DNA from: Torpedo marmorata
Taxonomy: Eukaryota
Length of the DNA stretch: 64,000 bases
Assembly: GCA_977017645.1 (NCBI GenBank)
Contig: OZ360241.1
Coordinates: 35,836,001 to 35,900,000 of the forward strand
Direction: 5' to 3'
The notes beneath the pieces were generated by a model that saw only the letters and a list, made by a program, of their open reading frames with translations, was not told the origin of the DNA and made no database searches. This document shows positions 26,569-40,809 of this stretch, in pieces. Both the position numbers and the translations under genes were made by a program. Positions within the stretch are counted from its first letter, which is position 1. Each line of letters starts with the position of its first letter.

Positions 26569-27461
26569 CATTTAAAAGCTAAGATCCTATGTGTTAGTTC
26601 GATTGGCTTTTCCATTCAGAATTCCACATAAATAATAGTTTACCTCTTCCCCCTGATATCTAGAGAACCTCGATTGTGGGTATACAGTATTTCCATTGTG
26701 ATTTCTTTTTATGATCTGTACCAACTTACATTGAACTGCTTCTGCATTATTTATTCTCCTATTTAATGCAATCATTTTTCTGGTCATTTGTGTCCTTCCT
26801 CAGAATTTATTTTTTGAATTGACAAAAATGGTTACTGCTTAACAAGCAGCAATGACTATATTCCAAACGGAATTTTGTTGGCTGTGAACTACATTGAGAG
26901 GTCCAATGCACTATATAAATTTGTTTCTTTTCTGTTGATGGGGTAAGTGAAGGTAAAGGCAGCATTGTTGTGAAGGATTGTTGAGAGAGAATAAGTACTG
27001 TGGCCAAATTGTCTTTTTACAGTTTCTTTTATTATATTTTAAAATATCTAAGAATATTGACAGGAGCACAGACACTTTTAAAATATTTAAATTTCACCTT
27101 CGAGCCAAATTTAATAAGTGCCTGGAACAAAAGAGTTAAAAACAAACTCCTGGAGGAACTCAGTGGGTTGAGCAGCAACCGTGGAGGGGGAAAGGAATGG
27201 TAAATGTTTTGGGATGAGACTCTTCCTCTGGAACAAAAATATTTACTGCACAGTTTTAAATCTCAATTTGTGTCACATCTTCCACTAACAAGCTCAATCT
27301 TTGTAAAACTGACTTCTGCAGGAGATCTAACAATATAACTCTTCTGAGTCAGATTTAGATGACACTTAAATAAAAATGGACATATTAGAGTTTGAGAGAA
27401 CTTTGTTCATTGTGATGGATTACAATATTTTCTTACTCTGCAAAGCACTATCCCTCTAATA

Positions 27462-27708
27462 AATTTAAATTTCGAAATACAGCATGGTTACAGGCCCTTC
27501 CAGCCCACGAATCCATGCTGCCCAATTACATCCATCAACCTACCAACGCTGTACGTCTTTGGAATGTGGGAGAGAACCGGAGCACCCAGAGGAAACCCAC
27601 ATGGACACAGGGGGAACGTACAAACCTTACAGACAGCAGTGAATTCATACCCAGGTCGCTGGTGCTGTAATAGCGTTGAGCTAACCGCTACGCTAACCGT
27701 GCCACCCC
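27462..27708 (-). mobile_element. tRNA-derived SINE (HE1/V-SINE-like)
   Basis: Same family as 1151-1395. Confidence 0.82.
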
Positions 27709-30700
27709 AAATGAAAACCCAAAAAGTGAAGCTGAAAAATGTTTTTTAAAAAAAGCAGAAATAGTCAGGGACCCTCAGAATTTCAGGCAGCATTAGTAGA
27801 GAGAGAAACAAGATGAACTTTTTGGGCCCATGATCTTTCATGAATTGGAAAAGTGAGAAAATAAGTGTGGTTTAAGCTGCAGGCAATGTATAACTATGAG
27901 AATTAAGACATCATAAATTTGAGCGGCTCTGAAAGAAGGAGATGGAATTTCTTTAAAATGCATTAATTTCCAGGGCCTTGACAGAGATCATTTTATCCTC
28001 TTTAGCCAGGTCCCAAAGGACTGAAGAATAGCCAGTGTTGTTCCTCTGTTTAAGAAAAGCAATAGAGACAAACCAGGAACTTATCGGCTCTCTATGGCCT
28101 CACTTTTCCCTGTAAAGCCCTAACCCTCTGTAACCCTGATAACCTCTAATCTCCTCAAGTTAAATCTTTTGGAATCACTTTATTTTGCTTCTCCATTTGT
28201 GGTCTTTATATTAGCTCTGAAATTCCCTTCATGAATTTCCTCAGTCTTTCTACCTCTCTTCCTGCTTAAGACATTTCTAGTAACTTACCTCTGTGATCAA
28301 ATTTTTAGTGTCCTGTCCTTATATCTCCAAGTGACACAAGGTTAAATTTAATTTGAAATCACTCTGGTGAAGCAGCTTGAAATACTTGAACATGCTACAT
28401 GCTCTTTATTAATGTGAGTTGATATGTAGTGATACAGTGAACATCAGCAAACTTCCAGTGAGAGAGGATGTTAACCAGTGTGTAAGAGATCTTGAAAATG
28501 ATTACAAGTCACACCATTTTGGAAACATACGTCTTGAAGAAGTAGTTGGAATGGTTTCGCTGAGATACATCATTAAAAAGCACTTGATTTACACTGTATT
28601 TTGCAATTTTGTACAGTCCATAGCATGTTGCACCTGAACCCATTTACGGTGAGTAATCTCAAAATGATTAGTGAAGTCAATCATGTTAAAGGTATAGTTC
28701 AATATGCAGCAGAGATAAACCTTTTGAGCAAACAGTTGAAATAGGTGGAGTTTTTTTACAAAGTAGTTTTGACAACTGTGACAAGATGATATGGCAATAT
28801 AAGTGAGAAGGAAATAACTACAAAGGGTGAGAAATAGAGGAGTGTGTGAAGCACTGAGTTGCTATTTGCATAAGACCTTTACTATGGTTATATTTTTGCA
28901 CACTAACAGAATGATCGGCAAAGTTTATTCAGAAAGAATACTTCCTTTTTGAGCTCAAAATAACTGAATCTTAATTAAGCTTAATTTGCATGCAAATGCG
29001 ATCTCTCAGGCTTCATGTGAATTTTTTTTTTAACTGTACAAAGCAATACATAAAAGAAATAGATAAAAGATTCTGAAGAGCAGCGATTAGTCTGTATTAC
29101 ACCCATGTTTCAGACATGAAGAGAAACACTTTCGTGGTTGGATGGCCTGTGTCCAAAATGGTAAATTCATGGCTTCTGTCGGATATTTTAAACAGATGTT
29201 GGGACCCTTGAATATGTTATTCAGGACCTTACTCCTGAAGAAATTAAGATCTCAGTTTGCAGTACAGACGCTTACAATGTCTTTGATAATAACATCTTTC
29301 TCTATTCCTAGCACTATATTTTTGTTCTTTGCTCCATACCCTGGACTATTTGACTACTGTTACACTTCTCCTTACACCTATTTATTTGTTTATTTGTTAT
29401 TACTGCACTACCTGCTATACGAGTTGGATTGCCTGGATGGCCCGTGAAACAAAGCTTCTTGCTGTATTTTGGTACATGTGACAATAAACATTTCAATTCA
29501 GTGTTCACGATTAACACCATGGCCATCAATTTAATATAAATCTGGAATTATATTTGAGAATAAACCATTCCTGCATTGCTCGGTGTTCCTTCAATCTAAA
29601 AGCCATCGTTTTGCCACCGCTTTTATATTCTGTTCCAGCTGCCTCTCATGGAATTTACCCTAGGACTCTGACAGGCAGGGAAACTAGCCCTACATTGAAT
29701 CCTCTTGTCCAGCATGCTGAAATGGGTGTCACAACCCGCTCTTACTCCAAATACACTGATGAAGCCAAAGGACCAATGTGTATTCATCCGCAAGTCTCAT
29801 GGACCTGAAGAAAATATAGTACATGGCTCAGTTACATAACCAACTAAAATGTAAGTGATTTTTAAAAGGCTAAGCAATAAATCCTCATCCAAATTTGAAT
29901 TATGTGGAAAGTGTGCCAGGAGACCGGCAACTCTAGGTTCAAGAACAGTTTCTTTCCAACAGCTAACAAGCTCTTAAACCTCCCCTTGTTACAATAATCA
30001 GGGACTGCTCTGACACCAGAAAAGGATTGTCTGGATTATTGCTCAATCACTTTATTTGCACAAGGATAACTGATTATTATCTATTTATTTTTACCTATTA
30101 TCCATCTATAATGATTATTATCTATCTATTGTGTACTTATTGTCTCTTTTTAATTCAATTAAGTATACTGTTGATTTTTTTTAAAGTAGCTGATCAGCTG
30201 CAGCAAGTAAGAATTTTGGTGCATATGTACTTTGTACAATGTATATGACAATCAACTCATTATCATTCAAATTTTAATGAACTAACTGTGAATAAATAAA
30301 CTCTTTGAACATGTAGTGGTAAACTTGGAAATACATTTGTGGCAATTTAATTTATGTCTGGCATATGTGGGCAATTTGACTTTGTAACACTATACCCTGG
30401 ACTCTTTGACTAACTGTAACATCACACATTGCATTGTTGTTTCATTATTGCACTTCCTCAGTACGAGATGACTTGCCAGGATAGCACACAAAACAAAGCT
30501 TTTCACTGTACCTTGGTGCACATGGCAGTAAACAATTCAATTAAAATTTCCATGATTCTATGATAATCATAGCAAGTGAATGATAGAATAAATATAATAA
30601 ATGCATGTTCACAAGTCCATCATGAATGCATCAACTGAAATTTAGAATTCTCAGCCTAGAAATAAAATATATCCTATATGTATCATAAGTAAAACACGAA

Positions 30701-31249
30701 AGTCTGCAGACACCGTAATTGAAGTAAAAAGTTTCTGCAGCATCCTATTAACATCAGAGATTTTTTCAAATACTTTCTCATGAAATACATAAATAAGATA
30801 ATCCAAGCTTTCTAACTTCACAAAGGACAATATTCAGTATAAAATCTAATCAATGTGCTTGTTACCTTCAATGTCAAGTTTGTTACTGGTTTTCTCAAAA
30901 GGCAGTCAAAGTTACCGACTTTCCTTGTCTTATTTCCTTATCCCAGTGCCTCCCAGACGTCGTGAGAGGGAGAGATGTAAATGTGAAGAAATTGGACATG
31001 TACCTCGGGCCAGAGGCATCAGCTGCTTCTTTTGTTGTTCAAAGATTCTTAAATGAAGCAAGGCAGAAAGATTAAAATATGCATCTATGTGCAAAATAAG
31101 TGATTTTTTGGAAGCTTAGAAACATTGGGATCTGGTTAACTTGACTCATCATTACTTGAGATCCTGTCAAAGACAGTAATATCTGTGAAGTTATCGACGG
31201 AGTTGGAGCGATGTTTGGCCGCACAGTCATGGGTGTTAATGTTTTTTTT

Positions 31250-31490
31250 AAAATTTAGAGTTACAGCATGGTAACAGGCCCTTCCGGCCCATGAGCCCAT
31301 GCCACCCAAATACACCAATTAACCTACAAACCCAATACATTTTTGGAGGGTGGGAGGAAACTGGAGCACCTGGAGGAAACCCATGCAGATCACGGGCAGA
31401 ACATGCAAACTCCTTACAGACAGCGCCAGATTCAAACCCAGGTTGCTAGTGCTTTAATAGTGTTGTGCTAACCGCTACGCTAACCGTGCT
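31250..31490 (-). mobile_element. tRNA-derived SINE (HE1/V-SINE-like) inserted in a decayed Rex-Babar LINE (about 31140-31885)
   Basis: SINE consensus; flanks encode THDCAAKH..DNFTD and further RT remnants on the minus strand. Confidence 0.75.
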
Positions 31491-34400
31491 GTGTATAGTA
31501 CTGCTAACCATATAGTAGGGGAATGAGTGCACAGCCTTCCAGGGTACTGGTGTTAAGGATGATTGCGGAGGAGGTGTTGTCACCAATCCTCACTGATTGT
31601 GATCTGCAGGGCAGGAAGTCGTGGATCCTGTTGCAGAGTGGCCGAGGGGGATGCTGAGGCCAAAGTTTCAGAGTTTGGGGAAGAAATTATTTGATGTTGA
31701 AGACGGAGCTGTAGTCAATGAATAGTAGTCTGACATACGTGAGCTTGTTCCAGGGCTGAGTGTAGGGCCAGGGAGATGGCATCTGTCATTGACCTGTTGA
31801 GGCTTACTCAGAGACTGGAATTAAGGTAAGCCATGACCAGCCTCTCGATGCACTTCATGATGCTGGATGTCAGACCACCAGGTATTATCTCTGCCAAGTA
31901 AGAGTTATGCGACTCTAAGTTATATCTCCTCCCAGGAAGATTTTGTGTTTATTTTTTAGCTCTTTTTTCATCTTAAGCTTCACATTCTTCATTGGTTTAA
32001 CTACAGTATTGTCAAATCCAACCCTCACTGGTGCTGGTGTGTAGGTACCCGTTCCTTAATTCCCACACCTACCCTCCTGGAGAGAGCTGCCTGTGTAGGT
32101 TACACTTTCATCATGGGTTTTACTTTTCCTCACTGCCCCAGAAAGTTGTCGAACTCCCGGTTTCCTTAAGCATTTTGTGGGAGTTCTGGCCTCTAACCCT
32201 GGTCTGCCATTCACTGCGAGATGGAAATTCATTGGTAGTTCTCCAACCTGCCTATACAGTAGCTTGTCGGTGCACTCCAATTGCTACTGGATCTCTTTGC
32301 TGCCCAGTAATACAATTCTTTCCACAAAGTTGTCTCTCAATCTGTCTGACTCAATCCAACCTACTCCCATGATTGCTGGTGCATGCCCATAGCTGGACCC
32401 ATTTGCCCTGACTAGCAACTCAACAGTTTACCTCTCCAGAATGTCCCCCCTTCACATGTGCTGAAATATTTATTCCAAAATATTTATACACATTTATTTT
32501 ATATTATATTTTTATGTATATACATGATTATTATGTGCTGCACATTATGTTTGTATTGTGTGCGCACCAGGATCCGGAGAAATGCTGTTTTGTCTAGTTG
32601 CATATGTACAGTCAGATGATAATAAGCTTGAAACACCATTTTCTCCATATTCAATGACAAGTGGGTGAACTACTTCAAATTCATGTTCAGACTGACAAAT
32701 ACCAATCATACCTGTAGTTGCTTCCTCAATCAATAAGGTATCTTTCATGGTATTGTCCTCATCACAAATATCCTTGTCTCCACCCTTCTGAGACGCTTCA
32801 AAACATAATGACCTATGAAGGCAAAGAACAAAGGTAGTGTTCTCAACATGGCATCCCTTATTGAAGGTCATAAACTTTCAACCAATGGTAGAATCTGTGC
32901 CACAACACATCAATGGTTATGCCACCTGATACACTCTCAGAAAGGTTGTCATAATCCTGTAGCTTTTTGTTCACATTTTGTTGAAGCAAGATGAGTGTTC
33001 ACAACTCTGAAGTTTTTCACGTGTGTGTGGCTGGCCAACACCTTGGACCCTGTGGCCAAATGCTTGTGGGTGACAGATGCAAAAGCTACACAAGATTGAC
33101 AGTAAAGGCTATTGGTTTTCCACTATAGCACAGAGTCACATGATACTTATTTCGACCTGTAATGAGATTCTTAGTGAAAGATGAAGTCGAAAGTCTGTAA
33201 AGCATTGAATGCTTGTAAGGAACACTTTATGTGTAAGCTTGCTTTTGTTCAGGTTACAAGTAGTCATCATTTACAAACCTGCTTATTGGGTTATAAATGC
33301 TAAATCTGGCACATTAAACTGTAAGGAAAATATGGAGACCAGTTTTTTTTTTTTGTGGGTTTCCAAATCCAGTGCTCTAAAGCATAAACAGGATTTAATA
33401 GAATTCAATCTCTAACCAGTTACACCGAAGCAGTGATGGTGTTTTGTGCTGGTTTGGCGTCATGTCACTGCAGCTGGCTCATGATGGAGATGTGACTCTA
33501 CCACTGTCATGGCTATTAAACTAAGAACATCCTATACTTTTATTAGGGGGTCTCCAGATGAGCAAATTTACTCTGGGGTTGCTGCAAAATGCATCAGAAT
33601 GGTGAGATTGGAGCTGGAAACATCAGCGAGGCACCAATTACTACACTTAAGAAGCTTTTAGACAGACACTTAAATAGGCAAGGCACAGTCCTAAAATGGG
33701 CAAATGGGATTGTGTAGATGGGCAAAAAGGTTGGAGGGCCTGTTTCTATGTTGTACAACTCTATGACTTTAACCACTGTGAAAATTGTTTTAAAGGCTCA
33801 ACTGTGTCTTTACATGATAAAACAAAATGCATTGTCAGATGTTTTCTATCATGCTAATTGCTAGAATATTATAATATTCATCTATTTTAGTAACTATTTT
33901 AAATTGTTTCTCTAAGATAAAAAAAAAGGTAATGTCTGGAAGAGATAAGACTGTAAATGAAGAGATGTAGATTACCATGGCGTTTCTTGACGTGGCTGAG
34001 CTCATTTGAACATTTGTAGAGGAAATTGCCAGCAAGCCAGAAATGGAGTTATCCAGGCTTTCTGTCAACATTCCCCAACAGCCTGCCACAAGGCTTTGTC
34101 TGTCACGGAAACATTCGGTTCTTCTGGCAACTAAAAGATAACGGGAAAAATACCTTCATAACAAAAAAACATAATTACAGAAATTATATGTGTTTCTTCT
34201 TAAACTGAAGTTAATTGTACAAGTGTACTGCAAAATAAATACCAGTGACACCTCAATGATAATGCCCCTGGGGATTAACACATTCGCAAACATCATGCAT
34301 CAAGGGTTTGCAAAGGGAAATGATGCAGCCTGCCAACACTGGCATAAACACAGTGTTTGGTAGAAATAGGAGGTGTTTAAGAAACATAAACAGTATGTTT

Positions 34401-37269
34401 CTACAATAGGACAAAGCATCCATCTTGGAGTGAGTTCAGGGGTTCAAAGGCAATTAGAAAATTGCTTTAGAATGATGAGATCTGAAGCCCACGTTCAAAT
34501 GACATTATATCTCACTACCACTTTGGCAACATCATTTATTCTGAGTGCTAAGTAATGTTCACTCTCAGCAAAATCTCCTTTAGGAAAGAAGACATTTGGA
34601 CATTTGGAGGATGATAAGTTCACCAGTTATTTTCCCATTTGTTGCACTTTGTACAGTACCTCATTTACCTTGTAGGTTTGCAGGTCCACAGCAGGGTGGA
34701 GATGGTTCCTCAAATAAGACCTGCATTCAAATCACAAACTATGAAATAAAATGAGTGAGTTAGAATAAATATTGTTATCCTGATCATGTCAGAGGTTTGG
34801 ATGGTTTGGACTCAAGGCTGTGTGGTTGTGGAGGCTGCAGGAGCGCTGGAGGCGAATCCATGGACACTGGGAGGACTCACTTTTGCTTCACTTTCTCTAA
34901 GGGCCGCTGGGCAATTTCTGCCGATGGCGAATCTTTGTCTGCCTTACGGTAGACTAAAGGAAATTTTGTGTAATATCACATTTTCTGTTTTATTACGTGA
35001 CAATAAAAAATATTGAATATTAATTGGGTGTAAATTGGGCGGCACGGGCTCGTGGGCCGAAATGGCCTGTTACCGTGCTGTATGTCTAAATTTTTTTAAA
35101 AATTAAATTTAAACTGTTTTAGTCCGTTTTTAGATATTCAGATGACGGTCCAATGACAGGAAACCTTGGAAGCAATAAACACATGACAAGGCAAACAATG
35201 AGCTGCTGGAGGATATTGAGATAAAGCGTCCCAACCCTAAATGTTGGCTGACTATTTCTACCCGTGGATGCTGCCTGACCTGCTGAGTCTCTCCAGCAGC
35301 CCATTGTTTGCTCAAGATTCTAGCATTTGCACTTTTTGTGTTTCTCAGCACACAACAAGAGATGGAATAGGAATCATGGCACTTTAGCTTTATAAATACC
35401 CTGGGTTCCTTTGCAATTGTGCAAATGTCCTTTGTATGTTATAGCAAGCTAATTTGCACACCATTTAGAAATATAAAATATTTGGAAATAACTAGAAATA
35501 GGGTTTTAATTGGTTAGCAACGAGAGTGGCTTTGGATGGACAAGAGGACTCGTGAGTAGTTCGTTCACCAGTCTTTATCAGACAAGATCAGTGAAAATTG
35601 TTGTCCATATACAGTACAAAATTAAGCAGCTGCAATGAAAATTGTTCATAGAAACATAGGTGAGAGTTCCTGCATCTGAATGCTACTTTGACATTCAGTG
35701 AGATATTTATGTGGAATGAGAGGAGAGTGATGTACCTTCACCTTAACCACACAGTGAGACTCACAACCTATCCACTCAAAGAGGGTGTTGAAGTTTGTTT
35801 ATGTCTCAAAATACCCAGTGCAGTGAGAAGGGCTCTTCCATGAGCAGAATAACAGGTTATCTCTAACATTCATACAGCTATGTAAAGAGCACAATTAGAG
35901 AGTTTCAGAATAACCCAGAATGTGTTTTACTGCATGTAAAAAGCAAAAATTATTTGTCCCATTACATTGGAACATAACAAGAGAAGAACTCAAAAATTAT
36001 ATAAAATACAACATGACATTTCTTAAGATAAACTGAAAAATATGTTCACTGTATATTTAAATCTTTGATTAGCAGGCAATGTTTACACAATGTACAGCAT
36101 TGATTAAACATTTATGGAAATCTCCTGGACTTCCATCATATCTTTCATTTCAATGAAGATCAATGTCATCCACTCCTTATTTAGCAAATAGCTGGTAGTG
36201 AAATGAGTGGCAGGAGATCAGGAGGGAGTTGGTAAGTATGTTGGAGAGAGCAGGTCACTGAGAAATGTTTAGGGCAATGGGATTGGTGGAAATGAGCTGT
36301 GAGCTGGCATTGACTAAATGGACTGAATGGTCTCCTCCACTGTGTGAAATATATGAGATCTTGTGAGTGTGAAATGGATATAGGCTAATAGAGCCATCAT
36401 TCATGCCTGTCCTGATGGGTTGGGACATTACACTCCTATCACGTGCAGTGAAGTAGGAGATGAAACATACAGTTAAAGAGGGGCGTGAGGGCAGCACAGG
36501 AAATGTCAAGTGTAGAGAAGGATGGCATTTTCAAAAGCATTTCCCTCCAAGTACTTTCTCGTGAGTGATGTATCACTGGACTTAGAAACATCCTGATGAC
36601 TTGTGGTGACTCATTATCAGATGATCCAAATTCCGTTTTCCTGATGATAAATCTGTTTGTGAGTGCACCTTCTGACAACTGGCAGCTAATGCTGACAGAC
36701 TGATATTTGGTCGAGGACCTGTGTTATATCGGTTGCTGTCATCAAGTATTTTCAGGATGCTCTTGCTCACCACTTATCCATGTGTTGTCCTGCATCCTTA
36801 GATAGGTGTGGGAGTGCCGTAAATCAAATTAAATATTTAATCGAAGGTTGTTTGAAGGTGGAGCTTATGTAATGTTCACCAGGCTTCCTGTGGGCTTTCA
36901 GTAAATCTGTTGCTACACATTCTAAAACACAGCCATTAGATTTTGTTGGATCAAGATTTAAGTATTGGATGTGTTGGATCATCAGGAGTTGAATATTTTA
37001 CCAATTGAATTAACCACTTTATACCTGGATTCAGCTTTTGTTTTCTGTCTCTAGAGCAGAGTCATTTAGCCTTTGCACTCTTTAACCCAGAAATACAGTC
37101 ATTGTACGGAAAAAATTACCCTTCTAAGTACTGCATGAGCCAAACATTCTTTGCTCCCACTTCAAATATGCTCTGATTCTTAGTCGTTGAATAAGTTTGT
37201 TTGATCCTGTGATCAAGCAATAATGTACTTATTGATTTTTTTTTTTCTCAGCCTTAATTTTAAAAACTA

Positions 37270-37460
37270 CAGTAAAACCCCTGTTATCTGGAATTCAAGC
37301 AACCGGCAGCCTCAAGCAACCAGCAAAGAAATAGCGGAAAATAAATAGGTAAAAAATACGGAAGTTTAAAATTGGTGCACCTCGCCATTAGTTCACCAAT
37401 CACGTAACACACAATCGCAAGCAACCGGAAAATTCACTTATCCAGCATCTACCAATCTCC
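37270..37460 (+). mobile_element. Tigger-like DNA transposon left end, interrupted by a Penelope-derived element (about 37465-37680)
   Basis: TA|CAGTAAAACCCCTGTTATCTGG terminus with internal AAGCAACCGG repeats. Confidence 0.5.
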
Positions 37461-38987
37461 AAAAGTAAACACGAAAATCTGTAGACACCGTGGTTGAAGT
37501 AAAAAACACAAAAGCTGGAGAACTCAGCAGGTCAAACAGTGTCTTTTATGTAGCAAAGGTAGAAATACATAACCGACGTTTCGGGCTTGAGCCCTTCATC
37601 AAAGTATGAGAAAATGCCGGCAGATGTCCGAACAAAGGAGTGAGGGGGGAAGGGGGGTGGGAAAGGCAGTCTCCATAGGGACTGGATACCAAGGGTTTTA
37701 TTGCCATTGGATTCAACTTGGGTTGACCAAATTTTTTTTGTTGCCTTGCGGGGTCCAATTTTTTTGTTGCCAATATGGGTCAAGAAGATCTTCTGTTTTT
37801 GTGGTATTTTCAAAATTAAGCGGGAGTACTTCCTGAATGGCAGTCCTTTAGTAGTCTGCCTGCTTCTCTGATTTGTATCTCAAATTTTTTGAGCTGTTAT
37901 GGCTTTTTCATCATCTTGTGGTTCGAAGATTGTGCAACACAAAAGCCAAAATCTAATGCTTTGTCTACAGTAATTGTTCATGTTCTCTATTTTATTGAAT
38001 ATCTGCATTGCCATACAATGCAAAAGCAATTCTGTTAGAAGTTGCAATGGTTATCTGCTGTGGTCACTTGGTGTGGCGCCTGTGGTTGGATCATTTATTT
38101 ATCAAGTGCTCTGGATTGATATCAATTGTGTGTTTCTTTAACTTATGAATCTGTGTATGCAGAGCTTTACAAATCAAAATGTCTCGGGATTATTTGAAGT
38201 TGTCTACTCATGTGTTAAATGATTGGGTTTTTAATCAGAGAACTATTCATTCCTACATCTGATCTGAGGTACACTAGATAACATCAAGAAATGCATCTTT
38301 AGAGGGTAATTAGTGATTATTTTTAGTATGATTAATTCACTTAACCTGTGTGATTTTCTATTGTTGAAGATAATATTGTGGTTTACTATCATGGATTGAG
38401 TTTTTTTCATTTTAATTGTCATTACGTTAAATTCTGATTATTCATTTGTACTTTACTTCTCAGTATCCAACTTAAAAATAGCTTGGTGTTACTCCATTTA
38501 AAAATGTACAGATACCTTTTTATCTATTCTAAAAAAATCAATTGTTCTCAAATATTGCTGGCAATGGCTCTCTATTCCACCAATGCTGCCATTGTCAAAA
38601 GTTATCATAATTGTTCCTCAGTGTAATTGCAGGCTGCAAATAACTATGTAGTTGAAGCAAAGGTTTAATTCAGTGCCTCCCTCTCTAAACACATCCTTCC
38701 CAGTACTTCAGAACTATTAATCTCATTCCACCTTTCGTTCTTTATACTATCATTAAAGTTTAACACCTGCTTGCTATCACCTGGCCACTGTTTCCGTTTG
38801 CTCTTTTTAATCATTTGTTTGTAATTGATACAACTGTGGCTATTCACCTTGATTACTCAAATTGTTCCCTCTTCCCTTGTGTCAACTATATTAACGAAAA
38901 AAAAATCATTACCATATTTTTCAAACTAACGTTAATTTCTGAACAATATATCTGAGATTTAGTTAACAATTGATGTCAAATACTTTA

Positions 38988-39230
38988 GGGTGGCACGGTT
39001 AGTGTAGCGGTTGCACGACACCATTACAGTGCCAGTGACCCGGGTTCGAATCTGGCGTTTTTTTTCTGGAGTTTGTATGTTGTCTCCATGTCTGCGTGGA
39101 ATTCCTCCAAGTGCTCCGGTTTCCTCCCACATTCTAAAGACGCAGAGGGTTGGTAGGTTAATTGGTCACATGGATGTATTTGGGCAGCGTGGGCTCGTGG
39201 GCCAGAAGGGCCTGTTACCGTGCTGTAAAT
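38988..39230 (+). mobile_element. tRNA-derived SINE (HE1/V-SINE-like)
   Basis: GGGTGGCACGGTTAGTGTAGCGG A-box region, GGTTCGAATC B-box, family body. Confidence 0.85.
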
Positions 39231-40809
39231 TAAACGGTATTGTATCACTAACAAGTCAGACTCAAATGATTCCTGTTGCAATACCATAATTTCAAATTGA
39301 ACTATCAATTGGTTTAAATTTACCTTTCTCCCTTTTCTGTTTCAAACCATTCATTATGAATATTCAATGAGCCACCTCCTGATAGAATGCGTTAGAGATG
39401 GTTACAAGTGAAATTGGTTTGTGCTATTTTTTCCCACAGAACATGATCATTGAACAGCTTCAATTATCTAGGTGCTACATTTGGTTATCCCCATCAACTA
39501 GACAAGTATCTTGCCCCTCACCCCATCCGAGTGGGGATGAGAACAGCCTTTCACCATACATCTAGTCGAGGGAATTGAGCTTGAATTGAGAAGCAGAAGC
39601 CTCAGTAGGTGGGGAATTCTTGGGGGGTGGGTTCCCTGGACACAATAGGAATGTAATATCTGTGTTGCCTCTGACTAACTCTTCAGCCAGGACCCGCGTG
39701 ACTCATTTTTACCACAGCCCATTCGGTCAGAGAGGTACCTTTTGCAGCTCGCGTGCAGCCAGTAAGTACATTTCCCTGAGCTATTGCTTTCAGATAATCA
39801 AGTGCTCTATGGAACAGTCTCATTCCAGAATTACTGGAGCTATGGGAATGTAACCTATGGAATGCAACTGTTCAGAATTGCATAACATAGATTGTGAGCT
39901 TCGATTCACATCCTGGACGTTTTACTTGATTACCTTCAGGGCCACAGAGAATTTTCATGGTATTTTTCTCCTTGAAACTTTCAACTAATTGTACAATGTT
40001 TAGTTGCAGAAATGAATTTGACTCAAGTGTGACTCACTCAACAAATACTTGTAGACATTGTGTACAGAAGTAACTCAATCCTAGGGGTACGAGCAAAATA
40101 TTTTATCATGTGTTCCCCACTCAACATACTTCATCAGGTCTCCTCCATTAGTGGGCCAGAGATTTGGGCCAGCTGTCCACTGGTATCCACCTCATGACTC
40201 AAGGTGTCTTGATCTCATTGGTGTTTGGTGGCAGGTTCTTGTGCAATGTAACACATTTCCGATATTCTGCAACACCAATTTGTAAGAATGTTATACTATA
40301 GAAATGAGAAAAACAAAGAGTAAAACAGTTTAAAACACTTCAGAATGCATTAAAACAATTGAAGTATTAAACTAAACTCAATTAATTCAGAAAAGTGTCC
40401 TATCACTGGTTTAGACCCTTGCAGCTGTTCCTTCTGGATGAATAGAGATACCAAAATTGTGCATATACCCGGTGAAGTTTTCTTGGGAGGGTGCCCTGGT
40501 ATATATATGAAGGAACTGACTTTACTTCACATACCCTCCATAACAGGATTGCATGTGGATTTCAACATTGCAGTTGCAAATCCATAGCAACGCTATTACA
40601 GCGCCGGCGACCCAGGTTCGAATCCGGCGCTGTCTGTAAGGAGTTAGCATGTTCTACCCATGACCTGTGTGGGTTTTTTCTGGGAGCTCCAAAGCGTATG
40701 GGGTCGGTAGGTTAATTGGGTGACATAGGATTCATGGGCCAGAATATCACAATTCAGTGCAATATTCTCCATCCATTAAATGTCCATAAATACTTGTGTT
40801 AGATTTAGA

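Noticed and set aside
36430-38100. A-rich minus-strand stretches resembling decayed coding sequence
   Set aside because: Stops in all frames, no recognisable motif, no convincing splice-site pair.
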